A stretch of DNA of 64,000 nt from Octopus bimaculoides (taxonomy: Eukaryota), in the NCBI RefSeq assembly GCF_001194135.2, contig NC_068982.1, positions 93,954,094 to 94,018,093 on the forward strand, written 5' to 3'. The position numbers and the translations under genes are program-made. The notes under the pieces are model-generated. The model did no database searches and was not told where the DNA came from. It was given only the letters and a program-made list of their open reading frames with translations. Below are positions 51,001-62,700 of this stretch, in pieces. The stretch's first letter is position 1, and the number at the start of each line of letters is the position of its first letter.

Positions 51001-52205
51001 AAATTCATTAATAGTAGTGTCAGCTGTTCACTACCAGTGAACTAAGGTAACACCTCCTAGTTTTCGAGCACCTTCCGGAGTATTCGAGCGGTTCCGAGCA
51101 GTGCTGTTTTCTGCAAGTGCTCCACCCTTATTGCAGCCCCTATTTGTTCCACGTACTTCTCGAGATTTTTGCNNNNNNNNNNTGCTGTTTTCTGCAAGTG
51201 CTCCACCCTTATTGCAGCCCCTATTTGTTCCACGTACTTCTCGAGATTTTTGCTCACTGTTTCCAGGGCTCCGACAATTATTGGTACTACTGCTATCTTT
51301 TTTATCGACCACAACAGCTTAACTTCCCAAGCTGACCTGTCATATCTCTCGACTTTCCTTTGTTCCTTATCGCATACCTTGTTGTCAGCTGGGCATGCTA
51401 TATCTATGATCAAGCGTAGCTTGTTTTCTTTCTCAATTAAGACTATGTCTGGCTCTCTATTCTCCATCTCATGGTCGCACTGAATCATAAAATCCCATGG
51501 GATCTTTGCATTTCCATTTTTGAAGATGCCGTCAAGTTTGTAGTCGTATCAATTTTTTGCTCTGTCAAGTTGATACTTGTTGCAAAGTGTCCAATGGACA
51601 AGCCTGGATATATTGTCGTGGCGTCTCTTATATTCTTTCTGGGCTAGTGGCGTACATTGGCTGGTAATATGACATACGGTTTCGCCGTTTTATCCACAGA
51701 TTCTGCACTTATCACTTTCTGCTGTTTTGTCTATTCTGCATTTTATGTAGTTTGTTCTTAGTGCTTGCTCTTGGGTAGCACAGATTAGAGCCATCTCTTT
51801 TCTCTGTCTGTCTTATCTTCAACATCCCTATGAAATTGACCATGCATTTTTCTTTACTCACCTATTTTCAGTTTCATTCGTTTTCAATTTCTTGTATAGT
51901 GCTTTATCTTTGCAATCTTTCACCGTACACAGGCCTGACCTACTTACTTCTAATAATAGCGGTTCTGTGGCATTTATTACATACCATGCTATGCTGTTTT
52001 CTTCTGCTCTAATGCTGTGTTCGCATCCAATAAGTCCTTTTCCCCCTCTTTTTCTTGGTACATACAGTCTGTCTGTGTCACTTTTTGGGTGGAGTTAGCA
52101 GCTTACTTGTCTTTCTGTCTAAGCTGTTTAGTTCGTCTAATGTCGACGCGAGTACTCCTGCCCCATATCTAAGGAGTGAAACCCCCAGGTGTTGATAGAT
52201 TCGAT
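51001..52205 (-). mobile_element. R4-like LINE family E, 3' part
   Basis: IESINTWGVSLLRYGAG; LHPKSDTDRLYVPRK; KRRHDNISRLVHW; EPDIVLIEKE...IIDIACPAD; LQKTALLGTARILRKVLEN*. Confidence 0.9.
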
Positions 52206-52206
52206 C

Positions 52207-52279
<73 letters not shown>

Positions 52280-55200
52280 TATTATTATTATTATTATTAT
52301 TTTCATATACACTCAACAGATTAGACTGTTGGAAAAGAAAAGAATCCTAACATCGGGCTACAAGAAGTAGCCTTAGATGCCAAGAACCCTCCTAATGGGT
52401 TACAATAAGTAAGCTTAAATGCCAAGAATCCTCCTAAGTATCCTATCTGTCCCTAATAACACTGTTTTCTGGAGCTGTATTAGACTGGGTTTTATGCCTA
52501 TTTTCTCTATCCATCTGTTCAGATATTTAGGGATAGTTCCTAATGCACCTATAACTACTGGGATGCATTTTACCTGCACTTTCCGTAGTCCCTGTAATTC
52601 AATAGCTAAGTCCTGGAACTTTGCTATTTTTTCTATACCTCTCATATTACTTTTTTCATCATTTGGGAATGTAAAGTCATTTATTTGGCATTTTCTATTC
52701 TCTTTATCTACTACTACCAAATCAGGCCTTCTAGCTTCTATTACTCTGTCAGTCTGAATGTTAAAGTCCCACAACATCTTGTATTTCTTACTTTGTAGTA
52801 CTTTACTAGTTTCATGTTCATAACATTTATCAGTATGTTCAAATCCTAGCTTTCTACATAACTCCCAGTAGATTGCTCTCTCTGATTGTCATCTCTTTTC
52901 TTCTATTCTTTCTGTGCCAGCATGCTACATTTACTTACTATATAAGCAACGCTTTCCTCTTTTGATTTGCATACCCTACATTGGGAATCTACTTGGTTTT
53001 TATCTATCTAGGCGTTTATCCAATTAGTCTTTAATTCTTGATCTTATACAGCTACCAACAAACTTTCTGTCTCCCTCTTCAGCTTTCCTTTCTGCAGCCA
53101 CAACCATATCTCACTACTACTATTTGCTGCAGCTATCTTTGGAAATCTACCATGCAATGTCCTTCTTCTCCTGCCAATCAGATAAGTTCTATTCTTTTTT
53201 TCTGCTTTTTAACTTCGTTTGGGTTTTTGGTTTCTCTATGTCTTGCTGTGACTCTAGCAGCTTTTAATAAACTTTATTCACTGTTACCTACATAGAAATC
53301 TATATCTACTCTCGCTAGATCCACGCAATCTTCTACTGATATTAACCCTCCTCTGCCTTCCTTTCTAGGTAGGTACAATCTTGCTACTCCTACCCTTGGG
53401 TGGCGTCCTCCATTCATATTGAATTCCTTTCTAGTTCTTCTGTCTAGCTTTGCTAATTCAGTTTTTGTCCGATTTACAAAAGCTGCTGAGTATCTAAGTA
53501 TTATAATGCCCAAGTATTTACAGCCTTCACTAGATTCGGACCATTTAGTTTTGACTTCATTAGTTTCCCCACCCTTTTGATGTACTCCTTCTCAACTTTC
53601 GTTTACATTTCTGTAGTTAGTACTCTAGATACGTATAACTCTCTCCTCCTTTGAATGATTTTAATATCTTACCATCTGGTAATTGGATGCCATTGCTGTT
53701 GACTACCTGTCCTCTTCTTATAACTAATATTGCACACGTATCTATGCCAAATTCCATGCTTATATCTTTGCTGAAGAGTCTCACAGGTTGTATTAAGTGT
53801 TGTATAGCGAAACTGTGCATCCCATCCTGGTAAAAAGTGATAGTAACTAAGCCATTATAATTAGACCAGTAGCCGGTCGACAGGAGAAGTTCAGAAGATC
53901 GAGAGTACTTGTAGACTATGTTGATAGTCGTGTCTATGCTGATATAGTAATTATACTGTGATACTGAGTGAACGTTATAACGATCCTATTTTTTGAGGAT
54001 AATAGCACTGTACAACTGGGGCTCGTACCGTACCAGATAGAACCATTCTATCGACGACTTCGACTTTAGAATATAACAATATTTGTCAAAGCGTCAACCG
54101 CCGTCAAAAGACAGATACAACAGTGGCAAAAGACCGCTTTACAACATTAGGGAATCTATCTCTTTTTCATTCTTACTAAAAAGCTTCAGGTCATCCATGT
54201 AGAGCAAATGGTTAATTTTTCTGTTACTGTTTCTGAAATGATATCCTGCCTTTTCCTGCTTTAATACTAAACTGAGGGGATCAAACATGAGACAAATTTT
54301 AAAGAGGACAACGAGTCTCCCTGGAAAATTCCTCTTTTCATATTAATTTTCCCTAAGAGCGTGTCACCTGAGTAAAGATCTACTTTCCATTTCTTCATGC
54401 TACAGCTAATTAATTCTCTTATGTTGTATGCTATACTGAATATACTCAAACATTCCCTTATCAATGAGTGTAGGATCATGGCATAGACTTTCCTGTAAGC
54501 TATCCATGCTATTGTTAGATTTTTCTTTCTAGAGTTTACTTCATTTAGAACTGCTTTGTAGTTCTAAATATAATAGATCATGCGTTCCTCTAAATATAAA
54601 TGTAGTTCTAAATATAATAGATCATGCGTTCCTCTAGCATTCTTCCTGCAACCTTTTTGTTCTTCTAGTAGTAAATTCTGGTTGTCGAGGTGCTCGAAAA
54701 TGCTTTCTGAAAGCACTGCTGTTAACAGCTTCCACACTAATGGTAAGCAAGTGATTGGTCTATAGTTGCTAGCTGTATCACCTTTGCTCTTATCTTTCAT
54801 AATGAGTATTGTTCTCCCTCTAGTCATCCAAGCTAGTATCATTCCTCCATTAAAGCAATCCTGAAGTTGTTCCCTCAGCCTCCCATTTAAACTACTGAAT
54901 TTCTTTAGCCAATACCTTTGAACTAAATCTGTTCCTGGGCCCTTGCCCTTCTAATGCGGCATTTTTCTAACACTTTACTCATTAATGCACTAGTTAATCT
55001 TAGATCTGGTTGCTTCTCACTCACTACTTCTTCCCTCACTTTCTTTAACCATACGGCATCCCCATTATAATTGACTGGCTTATCTCAAGTATTACTCCAG
55101 AACTTTCTAGCTTCTTCTGCATTAGGTTTCTTATCTTTAGAATTTCGTTCTCCAGTATTTATTTGGTCATAAGATCTCCTCTGATCTATCTCAAATAATC

Positions 55201-56070
55201 TATTCTGTTGATACTGATCTATCGTTTCTGATATCTGGAGAGCTTACCTGCTACTGCTATGATACGCTGTTTCAATGCTTCTGTTATTATCCCAAATCCT
55301 TTCTTTTTGGCTAAGTATCTTTTCTCGAGTGAAGATTTGTATCTTGTGTTTCCTAACATGTTTGCTTTTTAGGCTTCTGTTTTACTCACATCTTGTCTTA
55401 AAGTCTTCACTTTATTTTGTAGTCTCCTTTTCGACATTTGCTCTTTTTTAATCTTTCACTGTGAGATATCTAATCTTTTGATGACTACCACCCCTTTTGC
55501 ATAGATCAATAAGTTAGTGTCTCCTATATTTTTAGTATCTATCCTACTGATAACAGAATCTACTTTCCTTGTCATTTCTAGCAGTTTCTTCCTGTTGGTG
55601 TCTTTTAATGCTGGCAATCTTTTTCTTACTTCTTTACTCATTACTTCCTGCATCTCATCTAAAATCTTCTGATCTTCCCCACTTAAATCACTTAAGTCGT
55701 TGGTGCCAGTTGTCCCTTCCTTATTGGTAGCGCTATTATATTTTTCTTTTCGTTTAGGTTCTTCTTTGGTTTGAGCTGTATCTCTTATGTTGTTTGTCTT
55801 TCTCACTGCCTGGTCTTTCATTTCCAGTTCTCTTGTGATCTCTTCTACCTCCACTTCTGCCATTCACTTTCTTCTTCTAATAGTATTATCTTGATCAACT
55901 AATCTCTGCTCAGTCAATTTAAACAAACATTTCTCTACCCAAAGTGTTCACATCCGTTTTCTATAGCCCCTTCTTTTATGTTCACTTTCTAAGTAACACT
56001 GCATCTCTGCCCTGATTTCTTTGTTGGTACACTTTCTCCTCCTTGCTCTATTGTGTGCTGATGCTGTTTT
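52207..56070 (-). mobile_element. Near full-length R4/Dong-like LINE family A (~3.9 kb including the (TAA)n tail at 52207-52300), inactivated
   Basis: N-terminal CY...RRGYRKRM...TEQRLVDQ; WMTRGRT...NYRPITCLPLVWKLLT; EQKGC; GIFQGDSLS; LLYMDDL; HPRVGVARLYLPRKEGRGG; RRPDLVVVDK...LQKTVLLGTDRILRRILGI*. It has stops, frameshifts and a ~44-bp tandem duplication at 54557-54636. Confidence 0.95.
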
Positions 56071-56293
56071 CGGCTGCATATGTATATACATATATATATA
56101 TGCATATATATATATGCATATATATATATGTATATATATATGTATGTATATATANNNNNNNNNNNNNNNNNNNNNNNNNNNNNNNNNNNNNNNNNNNNNN
56201 NNNNNNNNNNNNNNNNNNNNNNNNNNNNNNNNNNNNNNNNNNNNNNNNNNNNNNNNNNNNNNNNNNNNNNNNTATATATATATATATATATTG

Positions 56294-56432
56294 CCTTCTT
56301 TTCAGTTTCAACCTGCCAAATGTACACAAGGCTTTGGTCGACCCGAGGCTATAGTAGAAGACACTTGCCCAAGGTGCCTCGCAGTGAGTCTGAGTGGTTG
56401 GGAAGCAAGTTTCTTACCACCCAGCCACGCCT
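56294..56432 (-). mobile_element. SINE family 2, 5' half
   Basis: caaggctttggtcgacccgaggctatagtagaagacacttgcccaaggtgcc...ggttgggaagcaagtttcttaccacccagccac. Confidence 0.88.
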
Positions 56433-57139
56433 GCGTCTTTGTGGAGTAATCCCATAACATTTCGGTACCTCTCATAGATGAATACATACTGTATGTTAAT
56501 TTATCAATGTCCATTTTCAAGTTTACTCACACCAAATGTTGCCACAGCTAGATATACAGAAGTTGCAAATATCTACTGAATTTACGCCAATTTTATTAAT
56601 TTTACTTACATCATTATTAAGCATTTACATATCAATTAAAGTAAATATTCTGCTGTTTACTCCATGGTTGGCATTTTGCCATGTATGAGGACATTCTTGA
56701 TAGTTTATACTTGTCTCTAGGCCCGGTAGGTTTACTATAATGCATCACCTACCTTAAGCAATGACCTAATTGGCGTTTTGTTTAGCTTAATGAAATTGGA
56801 TGCTATTTCTTCAGCAACATTAAATTGTAGAATCAGAAATGACTCTGGACAGATACTTAAATCCTTCCCTTCAATCTGTCAGAGACAAAGAGTGTAAATA
56901 ACTCCATGACACGTCAATTTTACGACGTTTGTATCACAATAATTCATATTGATGTTACACATTTAGCTTCATCCCAAACATTGTGAGGAATTAATGCTAT
57001 GTGGCAGAATTCGGTATCCTCTAACCGATTCACAAAGATTTTATTAAAAAAAATTCTATTGCTGAATTAAGGCAAGTAAAAAAAAAGAAGAGAATCATTG
57101 ATTCTTATAACAGCAACAACAAAAAGAAAAAGAAAAAGT

Positions 57140-57263
57140 TAAATGTATATGCATATTTGTACATACATATGCATATATATACATACATACGTACATACAT
57201 ATATATAATACATGCGTATGTATATATACATACATACATAAAAATACATACGTACAAACATAC

Positions 57264-57294
<31 letters not shown>

Positions 57295-57345
57295 CACAAT
57301 GCATGAGCATATACATGTATACTCACACTCACGCACATGTATGTT
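57140..57345. repeat. (CATA)n/(TA)n degenerate microsatellite
   Basis: Direct reading. Confidence 0.9.
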
Positions 57346-57751
57346 TGTGGGTGGGTGTAGGCAGTAAGTTATTATTCTACTGCCAGATGGGTGCCGATGA
57401 AATGGTGGTCTTTTGTATTATGTAAAGCACGAATTATGAATAAATTACTTTTCTAGTGAAACATATTTAGCGCGGATGGAACAGCTATTGTCCATTTATC
57501 TGCTTTATTATATTTCTTAATTGCATGACATGCGTAACTAATGTTACTATTGAGAGTAGAGTTGTGGAGTACCAGATATTAAATAATCGATCATAAATCT
57601 CGTGATGGAATGATAAAATGAGAATATCATTAATTGATTAAGTTAGTTATAAATGATCCTACAGTGTAAACCGTTGGCCAGTTACATACTGGAAGGTATC
57701 GAGCTAATAACCACGATCGATGATATCTGAACTAATTCACACAGACACACA

Positions 57752-57790
<39 letters not shown>

Positions 57791-58122
57791 ATATTTGGGA
57801 CAAAATCCAAAATTACAGGTAAAAAACTCAATTAAAATCAATTTATAAAAAAATAAAATTAAATTGAGCCTTATAGATAAAGTATATATAAAATATATAG
57901 TTTTAGGGAAAATAACCAATTTTCAAGAACTCATCGATGAAAATCCACTATCACATATTGTGCTTTTAATTATTAANNNNNNNNNNNNNNNNNNNNNNNN
58001 NNNNNNNNNNNNNNNNNNNNNNNNNNNNNNNNNNNNNNNNNNNNNNNNNNNNNNNNNNNNNNNNNNNNNNNNNNNNNNNNNNNNNNNNNNNNNNNNNNNN
58101 NNNNNNNNNNNNNNNNNNNNNN

Positions 58123-58158
<36 letters not shown>

Positions 58159-58161
58159 TAA

Positions 58162-58761
58162 TTTCTTAAAATTAATACAGGATAGGAAAAATTATAGAAT
58201 TTTTTTTCTACCAGTGGTGTAGCATGTATACAAAGTCAATAGACATATTTTTCATATAAAAATTAGTGTACATTTAAACTCAAAAGAGGTGAACCTTAAC
58301 AGGTCGCCTTACATACTAGATGGAACAGTGAAAAAAATTCAAACCACAATAAAGAGCAATTTCGAAAGGAACGAAAAATAAAAACATTTACCATGTTTTA
58401 CATACGGACCTTAGGTTTCGAACTTTAATTAGCAAATAAAATAATTTGCAAGGCGAAGTTCTCATCAACGGGTACACCAAACATTAACATATAAATTAGA
58501 GATAAAATAACACGTGTCTCATCCTTATATATTATAATTTTTTTAAATCCACCGCGCAAGCGCAGTTTCAATCGACAGCAAATAAAAATTCCCATTAAAC
58601 TTCAGAGATTGCTAAAATCCTTTCTTAAAATTAATATAGGGTAGGAAAAATTATAGAAATTTTTTTTTAAGGCCCACCTCTTTTGTGTTTAAATCTACAC
58701 TAATTTCTATATGAAAAATATGTCAATTGACTTTGTATGCATGCTAGGCCCCTGGTAGAAA
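58162..58761. mobile_element. Non-autonomous DNA transposon ends: 95-bp inverted repeats with TTAA at their inner ends, plus a ~40-bp direct repeat
   Basis: Arms at 58205-58299 and 58667-58761 are about 89% identical by my count; the direct repeat tttcttaaaattaata.agg.taggaaaaattatagaa occurs at 58162 and 58621. Confidence 0.75.
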
Positions 58762-58769
58762 ATATTTTT

Positions 58770-59290
58770 GAGAAAAGACATGGAAACATAGGGGGAATAA
58801 TCCACTGAGAGTTATGCAGAAAGTTAGGATTTGATCAAACTGATAAGTGGTATAAACATGGACCTAGTAAAATGCTAGAAAGTTAGGAATAGGTGTTGTG
58901 GAATCTTAACATTCAGACTGACAGGGTGATAGAAGCTACAAGGCCTGATTTAGTAGTAGTAGACAAAGAGATTAGTGCGAGGTAACTGACTTTACATTCT
59001 CGAATGATGAGGAAGTCAATATGAAAAATATAGAGAAAATAGCGAAGTACCAGGATCAGCCATTGAATTACAGTGGCTCTGGAAAGTGCGGGTAAAATGT
59101 ATCCCAGTAGTATAGGTGCATAAGGAACCATTCCTAAAAATTTGAACTAATGAAGAGAGGAAGCAGGAATAAAACTTAGTATAGTGCAGCTCCAGAAGTC
59201 ATTGTTATTAGGGGCAGCTTGGATACTTAGTAAGGTTCTTGGCATCTTAGGTTACTCTTTGTAGCTTGATATTAGGAATTTTTGGGATTT
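58770..59290 (+). mobile_element. R4-like LINE, family A-related 3' end
   Basis: WNLNIQTDRVIEATRPDLVVVDKE; VVQLQKSLLLGAAWILSKVLGI. Confidence 0.85.
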
Positions 59291-59294
59291 TCCC

Positions 59295-59905
59295 TTTAGT
59301 TGGCACCCCAGGTTCATTTTCCTAAGTACCAAGGTCAGGAGTATCATGCAGAGAACAAAAAAACAGCGAAGATAGGCTATCACCCTGGAAAATCCCATTT
59401 CTGATACCCAGGTTGCCCAAGCTCTTTCCATAAGATGTCAGTTCAGTTTTCCATCCCACCATACTTCTCTTCAGGAAACACGTTACATTCCTTGTAATTC
59501 CAAACTGATTTAAGCACTCAATGGTCCACGAATGTTGAATCATATAAGTTTTGTGATAGTCAATCCAGGTCCTTCCCTGATTTGTTCTTCTTCGTTTACA
59601 ATCTTGCATTACCATTTTGTCTATCAATAATTGATCTTTGGTACCTCTGCATCTCTTTCTACAGCCTTTTTGATCCGTCGATAATATATCGTTCTCGTCA
59701 AGAAATTTATACAGTTCTTCTGCAATTCTTCCTGACAGTAACTTCCACATTGGTGGGAAGCAGGAAATTGGTCTGTAATTGTCAGCAGCATTTCCCTTTG
59801 ATGCATCTGTCAGGTACAAAACCGTTCGTCCTTTTGTCAACCAGCCCGGGTTTCTTCTCCATTGATCAACGCATTAAATTGCACTGCGATCAATTTATGG
59901 TAACT
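59295..59905 (-). mobile_element. R4-like LINE RT fragment
   Basis: TKGRTVL...[17 protein letters not shown]...[20 protein letters not shown]...WIDYHKTY...GIFQGDSLS. Confidence 0.92.
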
Positions 59906-59911
59906 ACAATT

Positions 59912-60006
59912 CTTCTTCTTCTTCTTCTTCTTCTTCTTCTTCTTCTTCTTCTTCTTCTTCTTCTTCTTCTTCTTCTTCTTCTTCTTCTTCTTCTTCTTCT
60001 TCTTCT
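59912..60006. repeat. (TTC)n microsatellite
   Basis: Direct reading; it is followed by taaattcattgatag, nearly identical to the sequence after the (TTC)n at 51000. Confidence 0.95.
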
Positions 60007-62489
60007 AAATTCATTGATAGTTTGTTGTGCATCTTTGTTGTGTAAGGTTTGCTCTCAGTTATTCAGCAAGAAGAGAATGNNNNNNNNNNNNNNNNNNNNN
60101 NNNNNNNNNNNNNNNNNNNNNNNNNNNNNNNNNNNNNNNNNNNNNNNNNNNNNNNNNNNNNNNNNNNNNNNNNNNNNNNNNNNNNNNNNNNNNNNNNNNN
60201 NNNNNNNNNNNNNNNNNNNNNNNNNNNNNNNNNNNNNNNNNNNNNNNNNNNNNNNNNNNNNNNNNNNNNNNNNNNNNNNNNNNNNNNNNNNNNNNNNNNN
60301 NNNNNNNNNNNNNNNNNNNNNNNNNNNNNNNNNNNNNNNNGGGAGACTGCGAAACATTGCTTTTGGCTATTGTGTTTTATTTATTTACTAACTTTGCCAA
60401 TTGGTAAAAATCATCACGGCACTTTTCGCTTCATGCCTCAAGCAGTTCCCAGGTCATCTTGCCCTCCGAGCTTCGTTGATATTCTACAGGGAGAAAGTGA
60501 AGCATAACAAAAGTAAAAGCATGCCCACATTACGTGGGCATATATACAAAATCAACTCACAAACTTCAAATAGAAAATGAGGAATTCATTAGGATGTTGT
60601 GACGACAGAGAAATAAAAAAAAAAAACAACAGGTAATTACGATAATCTGGAAAAGAAACTTAGAAAGAGGAGATGCATAATGACCTTGATTAGCAGAATC
60701 GCTGGCTATTCGGTTAAAACATAGGTATTTGATATTAATTTATGTAACTTTAATTTCCGAGTTCAAATCTTACCCAGATCAAGTTTGACTTATCTCTTTC
60801 AATGATAGATAAAGTAAGCAGCAGACAGAATATTAGGGATGATAAATTGATCAAAACCTCCTAAAACTGTGCCTTAGCATAGCAGGCGTTCAACAATTGA
60901 AACCACCTAACGTATAGATGAATATCTACGGAACACGACGAATTATTGATCTTAACGTTCAACTGAATTCAGAGACTTTTAAAAATTTTATTGTGTTATA
61001 TTCTGGACAATGTTGCCTTAGACTTTGTAGAGGAAAAATGAAACTAAAAGGTTAATTATTTTTCGTTTAAATATAAAGATATAGCAAGTGATAAGTATTA
61101 CTCGTTATATATTGGAGGCGTAAACGAGAGAAACAATAACCTGCAAATCTAAAAATGGTAATATTTTAAAGTTATATTCAATACGCAGTTTCTTTCAATA
61201 GTTTGATTTGTAGGAAGGAGGTGTTGCCAATAACATCACATACTCTCTGAGATAGGTGAGAACAATACAACTCATGTTTTTTAAACATTTGGAGGCCATC
61301 AATTTATAGGAAAAAACATAAAGAGGGAAGGAATTTCAGAGGGGTAAAGTTTTGAGCAAGGGAAGATGGGATAAATTAGAGTAGGATTTTGGGTGGAAAA
61401 GATATAATATTGGTGATAAGAAGAAGAGAGAGGTGAATGAGTCAGGTTGGTTGAGTGAGGAGGTATAATATCCGCCAGATCTGAGGAGCAGAGGCCATTC
61501 TGATCGCAAAGTCAGAGTGAGGAAACAACACATCGGAAGGTTAGAGGTGAGAGACTATTGTTGAGTGACTGTGCCAATCTACCGTGTGACATTTTGGAGG
61601 GTTGCGACCTAGAATGTTCGTGCGTGTAGTAGTATTACCGGACAATATAACTGTTGGGAGCAGAAGTATTTTCTTCAGAGGATATTGCTTTGCTATAATG
61701 TAGAGGTATAATCACAAGCAGCATTCATTAGTGGTTGCGAGGCAGCACTAACAGGTTAATCATTAGTTTCGAAAGCTAATTACTCCAAAAGCGAGAAAGC
61801 ATATTAACAACACGCACAGGAAGAACGAGTCCCGATTGAAAAGAATTGGATCAGACACGAAATAACTAGGAGAGATCTAAGAATTCCCTATTTATTTTGA
61901 AATGAAAGAAAATGTGCTACTGATACTGAGTAAAGAATCTCATAGGAACAGATATAAATTCGACAACAAAAGGTATATTGAAGATAGAAGCAGGTTGTTA
62001 AGAAAAATTACCAAAGTGAGTAGATACTCTGAGTAAAGTATATAACTTACTAAATACCTTGGTATTTATATATAATTACATCGAGTGTTTAATATTATAT
62101 TAAGTGTTTCAGTAAGGTCAAAGCGATGCCTTGATTATGAGATACCTGGTCGTCGTAGTAATTGCTTAATCCCAAATCCTCCCTGATCGAATCGATCTAT
62201 TGTCAAAGAAATTCAAGCAATGACCATACTGTCTAACTAAGTTATGTATAATCTCTTCAGGTTAAATTAGATCGACAGGTATCTAGTATAAGTAAACGTT
62301 TAACTCAATGCTGGTGTTCTGGCTAAGAGATCTGTGTTGATAATCACAATCAAAAACAGTCTAGTAGAAGTAATAGTGATAAAGGAGTACATTATCTAAT
62401 GTCTTTTTCCCTCGGTGGATTTTTTTCGAAGGAGTTAGAGTATCAAAGGATCAAAGGACGAAATATTCTTCCTGAGCCGGTTTTCCGGA

Positions 62490-62700
62490 TTCTGTAGCAT
62501 ATTTATTCACCCTATCTTCCATTTGACGGGACGCTGGTCCGTCGCCGGATTACTCATTTTTGCCAGCTTCGTGGACTGGAGCAAAGTAAAAGGAAGTATT
62601 TTTGCTCAAGAACACAATGCATCACTCGTCCAGGAATCGAAACTACAATCTTATGATCATGTGTGCAGCACCCTAACCATTAAACAACGCACCTCCGCAT
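62490..62700 (-). mobile_element. SINE family 3
   Basis: ttgctcaagaacacaatgc...gtccaggaatcgaaactacaatc...caccctaaccattaaac, a reverse-complemented tRNA-like head with B box. Confidence 0.75.

Noticed and set aside
51102-51253. Exact ~70-bp direct repeat inside the family E LINE
   Set aside because: The two copies sit either side of a 10-N gap, so this is most likely an unmerged contig overlap.
58770-59905. Twin-priming 5' inversion
   Set aside because: The inverted RT piece lies downstream of the 3' end rather than upstream of it.
3809-60507. Many 60-330 aa ORFs with YVCM, HTHT, IYIY, poly-N/K/L/I or X runs
   Set aside because: They are translations of microsatellites and N-gaps.
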